Shown one piece after another: positions 54,027 to 64,000 of a DNA stretch of 64,000 nt. The notes below the pieces were generated by a model. It was not told the DNA's origin. It did no database searches and saw nothing but the letters and a program-made list of their open reading frames with translations. Each line of letters begins with the position of its first letter. Position 1 is the first letter of the stretch. The stretch lies in the NCBI GenBank assembly GCA_016709225.1, contig JADJEE010000012.1, positions 2,307,630 through 2,371,629 on the forward strand, read 5' to 3'. A program made the translations under genes and the position numbers. The DNA comes from Deltaproteobacteria bacterium (GTDB lineage Bacteria; Myxococcota_A; Polyangia; Nannocystales; Nannocystaceae).

Positions 54027-55898
54027 CTACCGGCGTCCGCGACGGCGACGCACGAGCGCCAGTGCAAGCAGCCACGGCGCGCCGACCAGCCCACGATCGC
54101 GCGGGCCGACCACACACGCACAGCCGCCGCCACCGTCGGTACCGGTGGGGCCGCCGCTGCTCGTGCTGCCGTCGGCGGCGAGCGTGGTGCTGCTCTCGCC
54201 GAGCGTGGTCGCGCCCACCGAGGTATCCGCGACGCCGGTGGTCGAGCCGCCGGTGCTTCCGCCGGTGGTCGAGGTGCCAGTGCCCTCACCTGTGCCGGTG
54301 CCGGTCGAGGTGCCCGCGACGGCACCGAAGTTCACGATCGGGATCGAGATCGACTGCTCGCCGAGGGTCTCTGGCGTCGCGCCGCCGGCGAGGTCGAACA
54401 GCTCCGCGACGTGCTCCCCCGCAGCACCGCCGTTGTCCCCGAGGAACTCGATGTACTCGGGCGTGTTCAGCAGGTAGCGCATGCGGACGTGGACGACCAA
54501 CAGATCGTCGTTGGGATCGTCGGGGGTCGCGTCGACGACCTGCGGCATCGGCTCGAGCACGTAGCTGTGATCGTCGAAGTTGGGCCAGGTCCCACCGGGC
54601 TGCAGCTGGTAGCGATCGCCGACCGGATCGGTCTGCGGATCGGCGATCAGACCCAGCGGCGGGATGCGATTGTCGAGGACCCAGTGGTTGTTGCGCAGCA
54701 GGTGCAGCTCGGTGCCATCGGCGAAGTCCTCCGCGATGGCCTCGTAGGTGCGGATCTGGCCATCGCGCTGCAGGCCGTTGTCGGCGTCCCACGAGCCCGA
54801 GCTGTAGAGCACCTCGCCGTTGTACTCGGCGGTCATCTCGAGCCAGGCCACGCGACCCTCGGCGTAGCCGCTCGGCAGCTTGTGGCCGGTGTTGTTGGCC
54901 ACGCGCACGCCGAGATCGGCGATGCCCTGCTCGAGGTCGATGGTGTTGGGCGCGAGGATGCTGATGCTCGCGGCACCCTCGAGCAGATCGTCGTAGCGCG
55001 CCATGGTGTTGTCGAAGGAGCTGTCCGGCAACACGTTCGCGCCGGCCGAGCCGTACTCCTGCTTGAGCAGCGAGACCACGAAGCGATTGGCGCCCACGAG
55101 GTCGTGGCGACGGCCGCCGCTGGGGTGCGACTGCACCGGCTGGTACTGCGTGCACGCAGCGATGTCGTCGACCTCGGGCATGTGGCAGTCCTGACAGCTC
55201 AGGAACGCCGGGCCTTCGATGGCGTAGTCGCTGTTGAGCCACTCGCTGTAGGTGCGCTGCTCGTTGAACGGCGTGCCCATGCCCACGCCGGCGTCATCGA
55301 CCCGCTCGAGCGGCGTGCTGACGTCGTGGCACGTGCCACACAGCCGCGACGAGCCGATGTAGGGGTCGTACAGCCATGCGTGCGGCGGCGGCAGCAGGCC
55401 GTCGCTGTAGTCCCACGGGCCGCGGCGCGGCACGTTGGTGTCGACGAACACGTCGTCGATGGTGTAGTTCGCGTTGCCGACCGGTGCCTCGAGGTCTTCC
55501 ATCGCGCGATGGCAGATCTCGCACTCGACACCCGACAGCTCGTCGCTGGTCAGCTCGTCGATGCTCGTCACATCGCCGTGGCCATCGAGGAAGGCCCGCG
55601 GCGCGTGGCAGCGGATGCACAGCTCGGTCTCGCCGGGGGCGTCATCCGCCGCGACCGCGACCGCGCCCCAGAACACGGGATCGCGGCCGGCATTCGCCAT
55701 CATCGAGCCCTGCCAGGTGCGAAACGGCGAGAAGGGGGGCTCGGCCGCCATCGAGGCGGGGTTCGGGAACAGGTGGCAGTTCTCGCACTCGTCGGTGGTG
55801 TTGAGCGGATTGACGAGGGTGCCGGGTTCGGTCGGCGCCGCGATCGCGTGCGCCGGGACCAGTGCCAGCACGGTGATCGCGAGCGCCCGGCGGCTCAC
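54027..55898 (-). CDS. Secreted multihaem c-type cytochrome (5 CxxCH) with a MYXO-CTERM tail
   Basis: CENCH, CIRCH, CEICH, CGTCH and CQDCH are present. Signal peptide RRALAITVLALVPAHAIA. C-terminal GGGCACVV...WLLALALVRRRRGRR. Confidence 0.85.
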   Translation of the reverse strand: MSRRALAITVLALVPAHAIAAPTEPGTLVNPLNTTDECENCHLFPNPASMAAEPPFSPFRTWQGSMMANAGRDPVFWGAVAVAADDAPGETELCIRCHAPRAFLDGHGDVTSIDELTSDELSGVECEICHRAMEDLEAPVGNANYTIDDVFVDTNVPRRGPWDYSDGLLPPPHAWLYDPYIGSSRLCGTCHDVSTPLERVDDAGVGMGTPFNEQRTYSEWLNSDYAIEGPAFLSCQDCHMPEVDDIAACTQYQPVQSHPSGGRRHDLVGANRFVVSLLKQEYGSAGANVLPDSSFDNTMARYDDLLEGAASISILAPNTIDLEQGIADLGVRVANNTGHKLPSGYAEGRVAWLEMTAEYNGEVLYSSGSWDADNGLQRDGQIRTYEAIAEDFADGTELHLLRNNHWVLDNRIPPLGLIADPQTDPVGDRYQLQPGGTWPNFDDHSYVLEPMPQVVDATPDDPNDDLLVVHVRMRYLLNTPEYIEFLGDNGGAAGEHVAELFDLAGGATPETLGEQSISIPIVNFGAVAGTSTGTGTGEGTGTSTTGGSTGGSTTGVADTSVGATTLGESSTTLAADGSTSSGGPTGTDGGGGCACVVGPRDRGLVGAPWLLALALVRRRRGRR

Positions 55899-57922
55899 TT
55901 CGCCGCGCCTCCACGTCGGCGCCGCACGCCCACGGCGAACGCGACCAACAGCCACGGCCAGCCGCGCGACGGCTGCCCCGCGTCGCAGCTACAGCCGCCG
56001 GCGCCGTCGTCCTGCGCCGCGCCGCCGCTGCTGTCGTCGAGGCCACCGCTGCTCTCGCCCGCCGTCACCGTCGCAGACTCGCTGTTGCCGGCGGTCACGG
56101 TCGCGCCGCCGCTGGTGTCCGCACCACCGCCGGTGGTCTCACCGCCACCACCGCTGCTGCCGCCACTGCTGCTGCTCGAGCACTCGAGCCCCTCGTCGAT
56201 CGTGCCGTCGCAGGTGTTGTCGGCGTCGTCGCAGACCTCGACGTTGCCCGGGAAGTTGGCGCCGTCGGTGTCGTCGCAGTCGGTGGCGTCGGCGACGTAG
56301 CCCTCGGGCGGGACGCAGCCGCCGATGGTGTCCTCGAGGTTGCCGTAGCCGTCCATGTCGGCGTCGCGGTACCACGTGTCCGGGCAGCCCTCGGTGACGT
56401 GGATGGTGCGATCGATCGGCGGATCGAGCAGGGTGTCGACGTGGCCGGAGGGCCACCGCACGACGATGCTCTCGGCCGAGGTCGCCGAGCCGAGTCCGAA
56501 GTGCCGCGTCGCGGCATTGACGATGCCGTACGCCTCACCGGCCCGGACCTCGCGGACCTGCGTGCCCAGGTCGCTGGTGACCTCCACGCGCGCCCCGACG
56601 GCGCTGCGGTTGCTCTCGACGCCCGTGAGCCACACGTTCACGTAGTGGTTGTCGTTGCCGGGATTGATGAACATCCGGTCGGCGACGTTGCTGGGCTCGT
56701 TGTAGCCGGTCGCGAAGCCGGCCAACACATCGGGGAAGCCATCGTCGTTGAAGTCGCCGATGACCGCGCTCTGGATGCCGTGGTTGTCGGCGGGGAACGG
56801 ATCCATCATCGCCGTGAAGGTCAGATCGCCACCGTTGTTGAGGAACAGCCGGTGCTCGCCGGCGCGGCCCGTGACCAACAAGTCGATGAAGCCGTCGTTG
56901 TCGAAGTCCTCGAAGTGGGTCTGGATGCCGAGGTCGATCGCGTCGAGGTCGGCGATCATGCCGGAGTCCGCGGTGACATCCGTGAAGATGCCGAGCTCCG
57001 CACCCGGGCCCATGTTCTCGTAGAGGCGGCTGCCGATGTTGTGGGTGATGAGGAACGCGTCGAGATCGCCATCGTTGTCGATGTCGCCGAAGTCGGCCGA
57101 CCACGATTGCGCGAGCGGCCGCAGGCCCGCGGCCTCGGCGACGTCGGTGTAGTTGCCGCTGCCGTCGTTCTGGAACAGCAGGTTGAGGCGACGGCCGTCC
57201 ATCGGGTTGTTCACGCCGAGCCGACACTTGGCGATGTACAGGTCGATGTCGCCGTCGTTGTCGTAGTCGGTCCAGGTGGTGCCGTAGTTGCCGCTCGAGT
57301 CGGAGGGGATCGTCGACTGCGGCACGATGATGGTCGGGTCGTACGCCAGCGCGCCGGTGCCATCACCGCGGTAGCGGGAGGCGATGCCATCGTCGTGGCA
57401 GGCGAACAGGTCCAGCTCGCCGTCGTTGTCGATGTCGGCGAAGTTGGTGCACTGCACGAAGATGTCGGGGCCGTCGAGGAAGCCGGTCTGGAAGTCGGCG
57501 CCGTCGTCGTCGGCGAGCAACAGCTTGAGGCCGTCGTAGAAGCCGCCGGTGAAGATGTCGGCGTAGCCGTTGCGATCGACGTCGGCGATCGCCATGCCCC
57601 ACGAGTTGCCCTGGATGGAGCCGTAGTCGAGCAGCACGAAGCTGCCGTCGGGCTGCTGGTACTCGATCTCGAGCGACTGCGTCTCGTCGAGCCGGATGAG
57701 GTCGTCGAGGCCGTCCTCGTTCATGTCCCAGGTGCCCATGACGACACCGCTGTGCAGCGAGGGGTTGTTGAGCGAGGCGCTCTCGTTGGTGAAGGGCTCG
57801 AGCGCGAGCGCTTCGGCGGGCAGCGTCAGCGCGAGGAGCCCCAACCAGCGGGTTCGCAGGGTCGCGTGGGATGAGCGCAGTCGAGGGGTCGCGGACGCAC
57901 GCAGCTTGTTCGAGCGGATCAT
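55895..57922 (-). CDS. FG-GAP / ASPIC(UnbV)-type repeat protein with a MopE-like motif and a MYXO-CTERM tail
   Basis: Repeated FxDxDNDGxxD motifs (FADIDNDGELDLF, YDNDGDIDLY, FGDIDNDGDLDAF, FDNDGFIDLL, FNDDGFPDVL) plus the UnbV-like ESNRSAVGARVEV. CDDTDGANFPGNVEVCDDADNTCDG is the MopE-type motif. GGCSCDAG...WLLVAFAVGVRRRRGG is the MYXO-CTERM. Confidence 0.8.
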   Translation of the reverse strand: MIRSNKLRASATPRLRSSHATLRTRWLGLLALTLPAEALALEPFTNESASLNNPSLHSGVVMGTWDMNEDGLDDLIRLDETQSLEIEYQQPDGSFVLLDYGSIQGNSWGMAIADVDRNGYADIFTGGFYDGLKLLLADDDGADFQTGFLDGPDIFVQCTNFADIDNDGELDLFACHDDGIASRYRGDGTGALAYDPTIIVPQSTIPSDSSGNYGTTWTDYDNDGDIDLYIAKCRLGVNNPMDGRRLNLLFQNDGSGNYTDVAEAAGLRPLAQSWSADFGDIDNDGDLDAFLITHNIGSRLYENMGPGAELGIFTDVTADSGMIADLDAIDLGIQTHFEDFDNDGFIDLLVTGRAGEHRLFLNNGGDLTFTAMMDPFPADNHGIQSAVIGDFNDDGFPDVLAGFATGYNEPSNVADRMFINPGNDNHYVNVWLTGVESNRSAVGARVEVTSDLGTQVREVRAGEAYGIVNAATRHFGLGSATSAESIVVRWPSGHVDTLLDPPIDRTIHVTEGCPDTWYRDADMDGYGNLEDTIGGCVPPEGYVADATDCDDTDGANFPGNVEVCDDADNTCDGTIDEGLECSSSSSGGSSGGGGETTGGGADTSGGATVTAGNSESATVTAGESSGGLDDSSGGAAQDDGAGGCSCDAGQPSRGWPWLLVAFAVGVRRRRGGAAK

Positions 57923-58315
57923 GGGGGTAGCCTCTGCCAGGCACGACCATACCCCAGGGTCCCCGCAAGGGTTTGTCGACGGTTGCGGCGCGGGCCCGCC
58001 AACGACGACGCCACGGCACTCGCGCCCGCACGTCGCCGCGTCGTCTGCGATGGCGCCTTCGCACGCGCAGCGGCGGTCATGCGCCACGATGCAGCCCCAG
58101 ACGGGCGGATACCCCCTGTCGCGCGTCGTTGCGCGCGCTACGACCGCTACGATGCGTGCGTTCGTTGACTCACGAACGCCGCACACGATGTGGGCGAGAT
58201 GCTGCACATCCGGAACGCGCGACTCGGGCAGCGCGACGCCGACGGATGCGAGCACGCGCTCAGGATCGCCGCACCCATCGCTTGATGCGCACGCGCCTCG
58301 CATCACGTGGTCGGC

Positions 58316-60310
58316 TCATCGCTCGCGCGTTCGCGACGCACGACGCGTGGGGCCGGTGCCGCGGTCGCGTCGCCGTCGCACGACGGCGAGGAGCCACGGC
58401 AACCACATCGCGTGGGTAGTGTGGGCAGCGTGGGGGCCGGGGCGTGACGGCGCGGCGCTGGCACACGCGCAGCCACCGGCGTCGACGTCGTCACGTGCGC
58501 CCGGCGTGTTGCCGCCCTCGCCGTCGCCCGTGACGCTGCCGCCTTCGCCGTCGCCCGCGGTGGTCCCGTCGCCATCCACGGTGGTGGTGCCGTCGCTGCT
58601 GGAGGTCGGCTCGCCCTCACCTGCCGACGAGTCGCTGGCATCGTCCCCCGCCACCGTGACGACGAAGCTCTGCTGCACCGCGCCGACGTCGTTGTCGAGC
58701 TGCACGGTGAACGCGTAGCTGCCCGGGGCCGTGGGCGTCCAGGTCAATGCACCGCTGGCCGCGTCGATGCGCGCGCTGGCGGGCGCGTCGGCCAGCGACC
58801 ACCACAGCGGCAGATCGCCGGCCCCGCTCGGTTGATACGCCAGCTCGATGTCGAGCTCGGCGCTGTCCGGCGGGCTGCCAGCGATGCTCGGGAGCACGAG
58901 CGCGTCGGGCTCGTCGACGACGATGCCCTCGCCCTCGACGAAGGCGTCCTCGAACTCGAACAACACCCCGTCGTCGGCATAGACGAACGGCCAGCGCGGC
59001 TCATACGGCACGTGTCGCGTGGCGGCCTGCGCTCGCCAGGTGGCGACGCGGTGGTAGGCCTCGCCATCCCATTGCGCGACGGTGGTGGTGCGTGCCGCAT
59101 CGAAGCGCACCGGCACCCGGCACGGCGCGTCGAGCTGCGGCGGGGTGGTGAGGATGTTCGCGCCGTACGCGGTCGCCTGCCGTGCCTCGCCTTGGTCGTC
59201 CCAGTCGACCACGTAGAAGAACGGTGCGCACAGCGGTGGCTCGTACTCGGCCAACAGCGCCCACGCCAGCAGCAGTGAGCCCGAGCCGACGCCGGCGGGC
59301 GCGTAGTCCTCGTCGTAGAGGTCGCGCACCGCCGTGTAGACCGCCGTGCGCGTCGGCGTGAGCGACAGCCAACGACCGACCTGCGGGCGATAGCTGCCAT
59401 CATTGGTGGGTCCGCCACCGATCGCGTTGCGAATGGTGCCGTCGTCGACATAGACCCGCTGAACGAAGGTTGCCGCGAGACCCTCGAGATCGGCGGCATC
59501 GAACACCACGCCGCGTCGCGCCGCCTGCACGGCGAAGTCGACGTTGATCGCCGCGTGCGACACATCCTCGCCGTTGCCGGCGTAGGCGCCACCCCAGTAG
59601 TTCCACAGGTACGCGCCATCACCCGCGACCGTCATCATCGCGCGCAGGCGTGCGGCCAAGGCGGTGGCCTTGGCGGTCGCATCGGCGTCGCCGGTCAGCG
59701 CGCCGTACAGCAGCAGCGCGCGCCCGAGCGCGTTCGATTGATTGAGCGGCTGATCGCTGCCGGCGTAGTCGAGGAAGCTCGCGTCGGCTGCGAACACGTA
59801 GTAGCCGGCCGGGTTCCACTCGAACTCGTGGAACGCGATCGATTCCTGCGCCGCCGCCAGATACGCCTCGGCCTTGGCACCGAAGCTCTCGCCGTCGTAG
59901 GCGAGCTCGTCGGCGTACGGCGAAGCCCGTACCGCCTCGACGAACTCGAGCATCGGGTGGATGAGCATGCCGGTGTGCACCGCATAGCAGTACGCGCCGT
60001 CCTGGTAGCTCATGTTGCGCCAGCACGCCCCCGAGATGCCGCGATAGTCGCTGACGCCGCGCGCATCGTCGCGCTGCTCGAGCACACCATCGGCGTGCCA
60101 GGCGAGGCGATCGAGGTACATCGGATCGCCAGTCACGCGGTACATCGCGGCCAGCGAGGCCATCACGTACGACTCGCCCCACGCCAGCGTGGCGGTCTCG
60201 TTGTCGGCATCGCGGTACCAGTCACCGTCGGCGACGTTGTCGTAGGCGTCCTCGTAGGACCACCGGGCCGAGACCGCCAGCGGAAGAACGGCAAGCCACG
60301 CGAGCAACAT
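58316..60310 (-). CDS. Secreted hypothetical protein with an Ig-like C-terminal region and a MYXO-CTERM tail
   Basis: Signal peptide MLLAWLAVLPLAVSA. C-terminal GGCACASAAP...WLPWLLAVVRRRRDRG. Confidence 0.65.
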   Translation of the reverse strand: MLLAWLAVLPLAVSARWSYEDAYDNVADGDWYRDADNETATLAWGESYVMASLAAMYRVTGDPMYLDRLAWHADGVLEQRDDARGVSDYRGISGACWRNMSYQDGAYCYAVHTGMLIHPMLEFVEAVRASPYADELAYDGESFGAKAEAYLAAAQESIAFHEFEWNPAGYYVFAADASFLDYAGSDQPLNQSNALGRALLLYGALTGDADATAKATALAARLRAMMTVAGDGAYLWNYWGGAYAGNGEDVSHAAINVDFAVQAARRGVVFDAADLEGLAATFVQRVYVDDGTIRNAIGGGPTNDGSYRPQVGRWLSLTPTRTAVYTAVRDLYDEDYAPAGVGSGSLLLAWALLAEYEPPLCAPFFYVVDWDDQGEARQATAYGANILTTPPQLDAPCRVPVRFDAARTTTVAQWDGEAYHRVATWRAQAATRHVPYEPRWPFVYADDGVLFEFEDAFVEGEGIVVDEPDALVLPSIAGSPPDSAELDIELAYQPSGAGDLPLWWSLADAPASARIDAASGALTWTPTAPGSYAFTVQLDNDVGAVQQSFVVTVAGDDASDSSAGEGEPTSSSDGTTTVDGDGTTAGDGEGGSVTGDGEGGNTPGARDDVDAGGCACASAAPSRPGPHAAHTTHAMWLPWLLAVVRRRRDRGTGPTRRASRTRER

Positions 60311-60393
60311 CGCAGCAACGGTAGCACGCGGGCGCGATGCGGCGTGTGGCCGCGCCTACGTCACACCGCGTAGGTGCGACCAGATCGCCCGCG

Positions 60394-62697
60394 TCACTCG
60401 CAGATCTGGGCCATGCCCATCGCAAACGTCGCCGTGGCGCCACCGCCGTCGATCATCACCTGACCGACGGACGACACCGTGACCGTGGCCTTGCCGGTCA
60501 CATCGACGACGCCACCGTCGACCGACACGCACGTGGCGCTCTCGAGCATCAGGGCGGTCACGCCTTCGATGGTGGTCGACGGCGCGCGCAGACGCGCGGT
60601 GCCGTCGAGCGTCAGCCGGCTGTCCATCACCTGTGCGCGCACCTGCGTGGAGCTGTTGAGCAGCGCGCCGGCATCGAGCTTCAGGCCGCTGGCGGCCGAG
60701 GTCAGCGTCGTGGTGGTGCCGAACATCGTCGCCTCGCCCGGCTGCAGCAGCAGCGAAGCGTCGGCGCCCATCAGCTGCAGCTTCGGCGTGTTCACGACCA
60801 CGCTGTCGGGCTTCATGACGATCGACGAAGCGCCGCACACGATCTTGATCTCGTCGCGCACGGTGATCGCATAGGTGCCCTGCACGGAGAGCTCGGCGCC
60901 GGGGATCCCCGGTGCCTGCACGTCGCCGCCCTTGCCTGCCCCGCCCTGGATCACCGTGCGCAAGCTGCCGGCGATCTCGAGCGACTCGTTGCCGCCCACG
61001 CTCCGCCCGCGATCGCCGTCGACGTGGATGGTCTCGTGGCGATCGATGGTGGTGCCGCGATCGCGACCGACCTTCTCGGTCTCGTCGACCCCGACCGAGC
61101 GCGTGCTCGAGGCCAGCACCACCTCGTCGAGGTTGCGTTGCGCATGCAGGTAGATCTGCTCGTGACCGGCCGCGTCCTCGAACGACAGCTCGTTGAAGCC
61201 ATCGGAGTCGGGCGTGCTACGGGTCTTGAGCACCGTGCGGGTCTTGTCGTCGGGCAGCGCGCGCGGGGGCTGGTTGCGACCGTTGTAGACACAGCCGGTG
61301 CACAGCGGCCGGTCGACGTCGCCGTCGATGAACGTGATGACCACCTCCATACCGATGCGCGGCAGGAACACGGTGCCGAAGCCCGGACCCGCCATCGACT
61401 GCGCCACGCGCACCCAACAGCTCGGGGCCGAACCGTCGCCGCGATCCTTGGCGTGCTGGTCCCAGTGCATGCGCACGCGGATGCGACCGTGCTCGTCGAC
61501 GTGGATCTCCTCGCCCTCGGGGCCGACCACGGTGGCCGTGTGCACGCCGCTGATGCGTGGCTTGTGGCCCCGCCGTCGTGGCCGGAACACCGCGGTCGCG
61601 GGCACGCACGAGAAGTGGTTCTCGTGGTGGGTCGCACCGCCATCGCGCTCGGGCTGGGTCATGCGGTGGTCGACACGGGTCACCAGCCAGCTCGCGTCCG
61701 ACGCGGGGTTGGCCATGCCGCCGAGCTCGACGACCTGTCCGACCGCGAGCCCGACCACCGTGCTCGCGCCGTGGGCGTGGCGGCCGCGCAGGATGTCGCG
61801 CTGCAGCTCGAGCTCTGCGCGCCACGGCGTGCGATCGGGCCCGACCGCGGGGTCGTCCTCGTCGACCGCTGCGAAGACGCCGTGCTCGAAGCTCTCGTAG
61901 GTCGGTGGATCGTGGTCGCCGATCTCCGCGTAGATGACGTCGTCGTCGCCCGCGCGCCAGCGTTGCTCGAGGTAGCGCACGCGCTGCGGGCGGGGCTCGG
62001 CGTGGTCGGCGAACGCATGCACCGTCTCGAGCTCGAGCATGCCGCCCTGCTGATCCGGCGCGCGCAGCTGCAGCGTGTCGGGCACGTCGGCGAAGGCGAA
62101 GGAGCGCCCCTCGTCGATCAGCTGCAGCACCTCGGCGCCGGCCGCCTGATCGTGGAAGAAGTGCGCCGTGATGCCCTCGTCCTCGAGCAGGCGGTGGATG
62201 AAGGCCAGGTCGCTCTCGCGGTACTGCACGCAGTAGTCGTGGACCGGGTGCTCGCCGAGCTTCGCGACGTCGATCTTGCGCTGCGTCCGCTCGAAGGTCG
62301 GCGCGACGATGGCCTGCACGATCTGCGGCACGCTCATGCCCTGGAAGATCCGCGATCGTCGGCCGACGTCGAGCAGCGCACAGGCGGGCCCGACCGACAG
62401 CCCCAACACCAGGCCCTCGCGCGTGCTGCCCAGCACCGCCGCCTGGCGCACCACGCCGAACATCGTGCGGATGTCACTCTCGCGCCCGAGCGTCAGCTCG
62501 ACATGGGCGCCCAACAGATCCTCGAGCTCGACGGTGTGATCGACCAGCAGTTCGAGCTCGATGGCGTAGGGCCGCGCGAGCTCCTCCGTGATCCGCACCC
62601 GCCGCACGGTGGTCGCAAACGTGCTGCTCTCGCCGGCGATCGTGCGCAGCTCGACGCGCCACTGCACGGGCTCATGGGTGACTCGGGGGTCGCTCAT
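60394..62697 (-). CDS. vgrG: Type VI secretion spike protein VgrG (TssI)
   Basis: About 767 aa with the gp27-like N-terminus and gp5 OB-fold, and the VgrG C-terminal beta-helix with repeated VxxG motifs (VHVDEHGRIRVRMHWD...; C-terminal ...TVSSVGQVMIDGGG). The ATG is at MSDPRVTHE. Confidence 0.85.
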   Translation of the reverse strand: MSDPRVTHEPVQWRVELRTIAGESSTFATTVRRVRITEELARPYAIELELLVDHTVELEDLLGAHVELTLGRESDIRTMFGVVRQAAVLGSTREGLVLGLSVGPACALLDVGRRSRIFQGMSVPQIVQAIVAPTFERTQRKIDVAKLGEHPVHDYCVQYRESDLAFIHRLLEDEGITAHFFHDQAAGAEVLQLIDEGRSFAFADVPDTLQLRAPDQQGGMLELETVHAFADHAEPRPQRVRYLEQRWRAGDDDVIYAEIGDHDPPTYESFEHGVFAAVDEDDPAVGPDRTPWRAELELQRDILRGRHAHGASTVVGLAVGQVVELGGMANPASDASWLVTRVDHRMTQPERDGGATHHENHFSCVPATAVFRPRRRGHKPRISGVHTATVVGPEGEEIHVDEHGRIRVRMHWDQHAKDRGDGSAPSCWVRVAQSMAGPGFGTVFLPRIGMEVVITFIDGDVDRPLCTGCVYNGRNQPPRALPDDKTRTVLKTRSTPDSDGFNELSFEDAAGHEQIYLHAQRNLDEVVLASSTRSVGVDETEKVGRDRGTTIDRHETIHVDGDRGRSVGGNESLEIAGSLRTVIQGGAGKGGDVQAPGIPGAELSVQGTYAITVRDEIKIVCGASSIVMKPDSVVVNTPKLQLMGADASLLLQPGEATMFGTTTTLTSAASGLKLDAGALLNSSTQVRAQVMDSRLTLDGTARLRAPSTTIEGVTALMLESATCVSVDGGVVDVTGKATVTVSSVGQVMIDGGGATATFAMGMAQICE

Positions 62698-63004
62698 CGG
62701 TGGGATCCTCGATCGAAGGGCGGTGGGCGACCGGCCATGGCCGCCCCCCTCGCTGCTGCCCGTGCCGGACCTGGTCGCTCGCCGCGCCGAGGGCCGTGCA
62801 GGCGCCATGCTGCATCGCCGGGTCGTGCCCGCCAAGGGGGCGCGCGGCCGGGGGCTCGGCCGCAGCGTGGGTGCTCGGGCATGCCGGTGGCCGGTCGACC
62901 CGCGCGTGCCGGCGCTTGCACGCCGGCCAAAGACGTCGCCCCGCGGGTCAGGCATGCGAGCGGGGCAGCCGGCGCGAACACAAACCATGCCCGCGTCGAT
63001 GCGA

Positions 63005-64000
63005 TCACCCCGGGCACTGCTCGAGCCGAGCCGCGCGCGCGATCAGATAGTCGCGCTCCGGAACGCTGGTGGTGCACGCGGCCGCGGCCCGGTAGTGCAC
63101 GAGCGCGGCCGCACGGTCGCCGGCCATCTCGAGCAGGTGCCCTCGCACGGCGTCGAGCCGATGGCCACCCGCGAGCCGCGGCTCGTCGGCGAGGGCGGCC
63201 AGCGCTGCCAGGCCCGCCGCCGGCCCGCGCACCATCGCGAGCGCGACCGCGCGATTGAGCCGGACCATCGGGTTGTCGCTCATCGCCTCCAGCGCTCCGT
63301 ACAGCGCGAGGATCTGCGGCCAGTCGGTCTGCGCGGTCGAGGGCGCTTCGTCGTGCAGCGCCGCGATCGCAGCCTGGATCGCGTAGGGCCCGAACCGCCG
63401 TCGCGACAGCGCCTCGGTGACCAACGCGATGCCCTCGGCAATCGCGGCGCGATCCCAACGGCTGCGATCCTGCTCGTCGAGGGCGACCAGCTCGCCGCGG
63501 GCCCCCGTCCGCGCATCCCGACGGGCATCGGTCAGCAGCATCAGCGCCAGCAGGCCCAGCAGCTCGCCGTGGGTCGGCCGCAGCGTCAGCAGCATGCGCG
63601 CGAGCCGGATGGCCTCGCGCGCGAGGTCGACCCGCACCAGGTGCGCGCCACCGCTGGCGTAGCCCTCGTTGAAGACCAGGTAGAGCACGTGGAGCGCGGC
63701 ATCGAGGCGGGCATCGAGCTGCTGCGGTCCGGGCAGCTCGAAGCCGATGCCCGACGACGCGATGGTCTGCTTGGCCCGGCTGATGCGCTGCGCCATCGTT
63801 GCCTCGGGCACCAGGAACGCCCGCGCGATCTCGCCGGTCGTGAGCCCCGCGACCGCGCGCAGCGTCAACGCGATTGCCGAGGTGCGCGTCAGCGCGGGGT
63901 GGCAACACATCAACACCAACGCGAGCGTGTCGTCGGCGGCGACCTCGGCATCGTCATCGGGTGCGGGGGCCGCGACCGGCCCGGCATCGAACACGAAGAT
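63005..64000 (-). CDS. ECF-like sigma factor with an extended C-terminal domain, N-terminus outside window (partial)
   Basis: Region 4 (LTLRAVAGLTTGEIARAFLVPEATMAQRISRAKQ) lies at the 5'-proximal end of the visible part. A ~250-aa helical (TPR-like) C-terminal extension follows. The frame is open to the window edge. Confidence 0.7.
   Translation of the reverse strand: MFVFDAGPVAAPAPDDDAEVAADDTLALVLMCCHPALTRTSAIALTLRAVAGLTTGEIARAFLVPEATMAQRISRAKQTIASSGIGFELPGPQQLDARLDAALHVLYLVFNEGYASGGAHLVRVDLAREAIRLARMLLTLRPTHGELLGLLALMLLTDARRDARTGARGELVALDEQDRSRWDRAAIAEGIALVTEALSRRRFGPYAIQAAIAALHDEAPSTAQTDWPQILALYGALEAMSDNPMVRLNRAVALAMVRGPAAGLAALAALADEPRLAGGHRLDAVRGHLLEMAGDRAAALVHYRAAAACTTSVPERDYLIARAARLEQCPG

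Noticed and set aside
60337-63258. 973-aa plus-strand ORF
   Set aside because: It is antisense to vgrG and the sigma gene. It is a typical high-GC shadow ORF.

Overview
This window is high-GC (about 70%) chromosomal DNA, most likely from a myxobacterium (Myxococcales). I infer the taxon from five predicted secreted proteins that end in the MYXO-CTERM tail (GCGC/GGCAC motif, a hydrophobic helix, then an RRRR cluster) and from the typical myxobacterial gene repertoire listed below. Coding density is high on both strands.

Supported content, 5' to 3':
- A serine/threonine kinase with TPR repeats.
- Two DTW-domain proteins.
- A bestrophin-like channel.
- Two ECF sigma/anti-sigma pairs, plus a CorE-like cysteine-rich ECF sigma factor followed by a 56-aa Cys-rich peptide that the ORF track does not list.
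- msrB.
- An OPT transporter.
- A histidine kinase, a response regulator and a hybrid kinase arranged as a phosphorelay.
- Several myxobacterial lipoproteins, one carrying a 24-nt x 13 tandem repeat.
- A radical SAM/SPASM enzyme translationally coupled to a Cys-rich membrane protein.
- A cytoplasmic trypsin-like protease fused to a non-specific endonuclease.
- A roughly 13-kb nucleotide-heptose / amino-sugar biosynthesis cluster (gmhA, a PfkB kinase, gmhB, a nucleotidyltransferase, two DegT aminotransferases, a TPP-dependent E1 alpha/beta pair, epimerases and a second radical SAM enzyme).
- A multihaem cytochrome c.
- An orphan vgrG.

I found no integrase, transposase, CRISPR array or rRNA/tRNA gene.

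Coordinates are anchored on the supplied ORF track (ORF end plus or minus 3 x residue index) and start codons may be off by a few codons. Many long Arg/Ala-rich ORFs in the track are antisense artefacts of the high GC content and were rejected.
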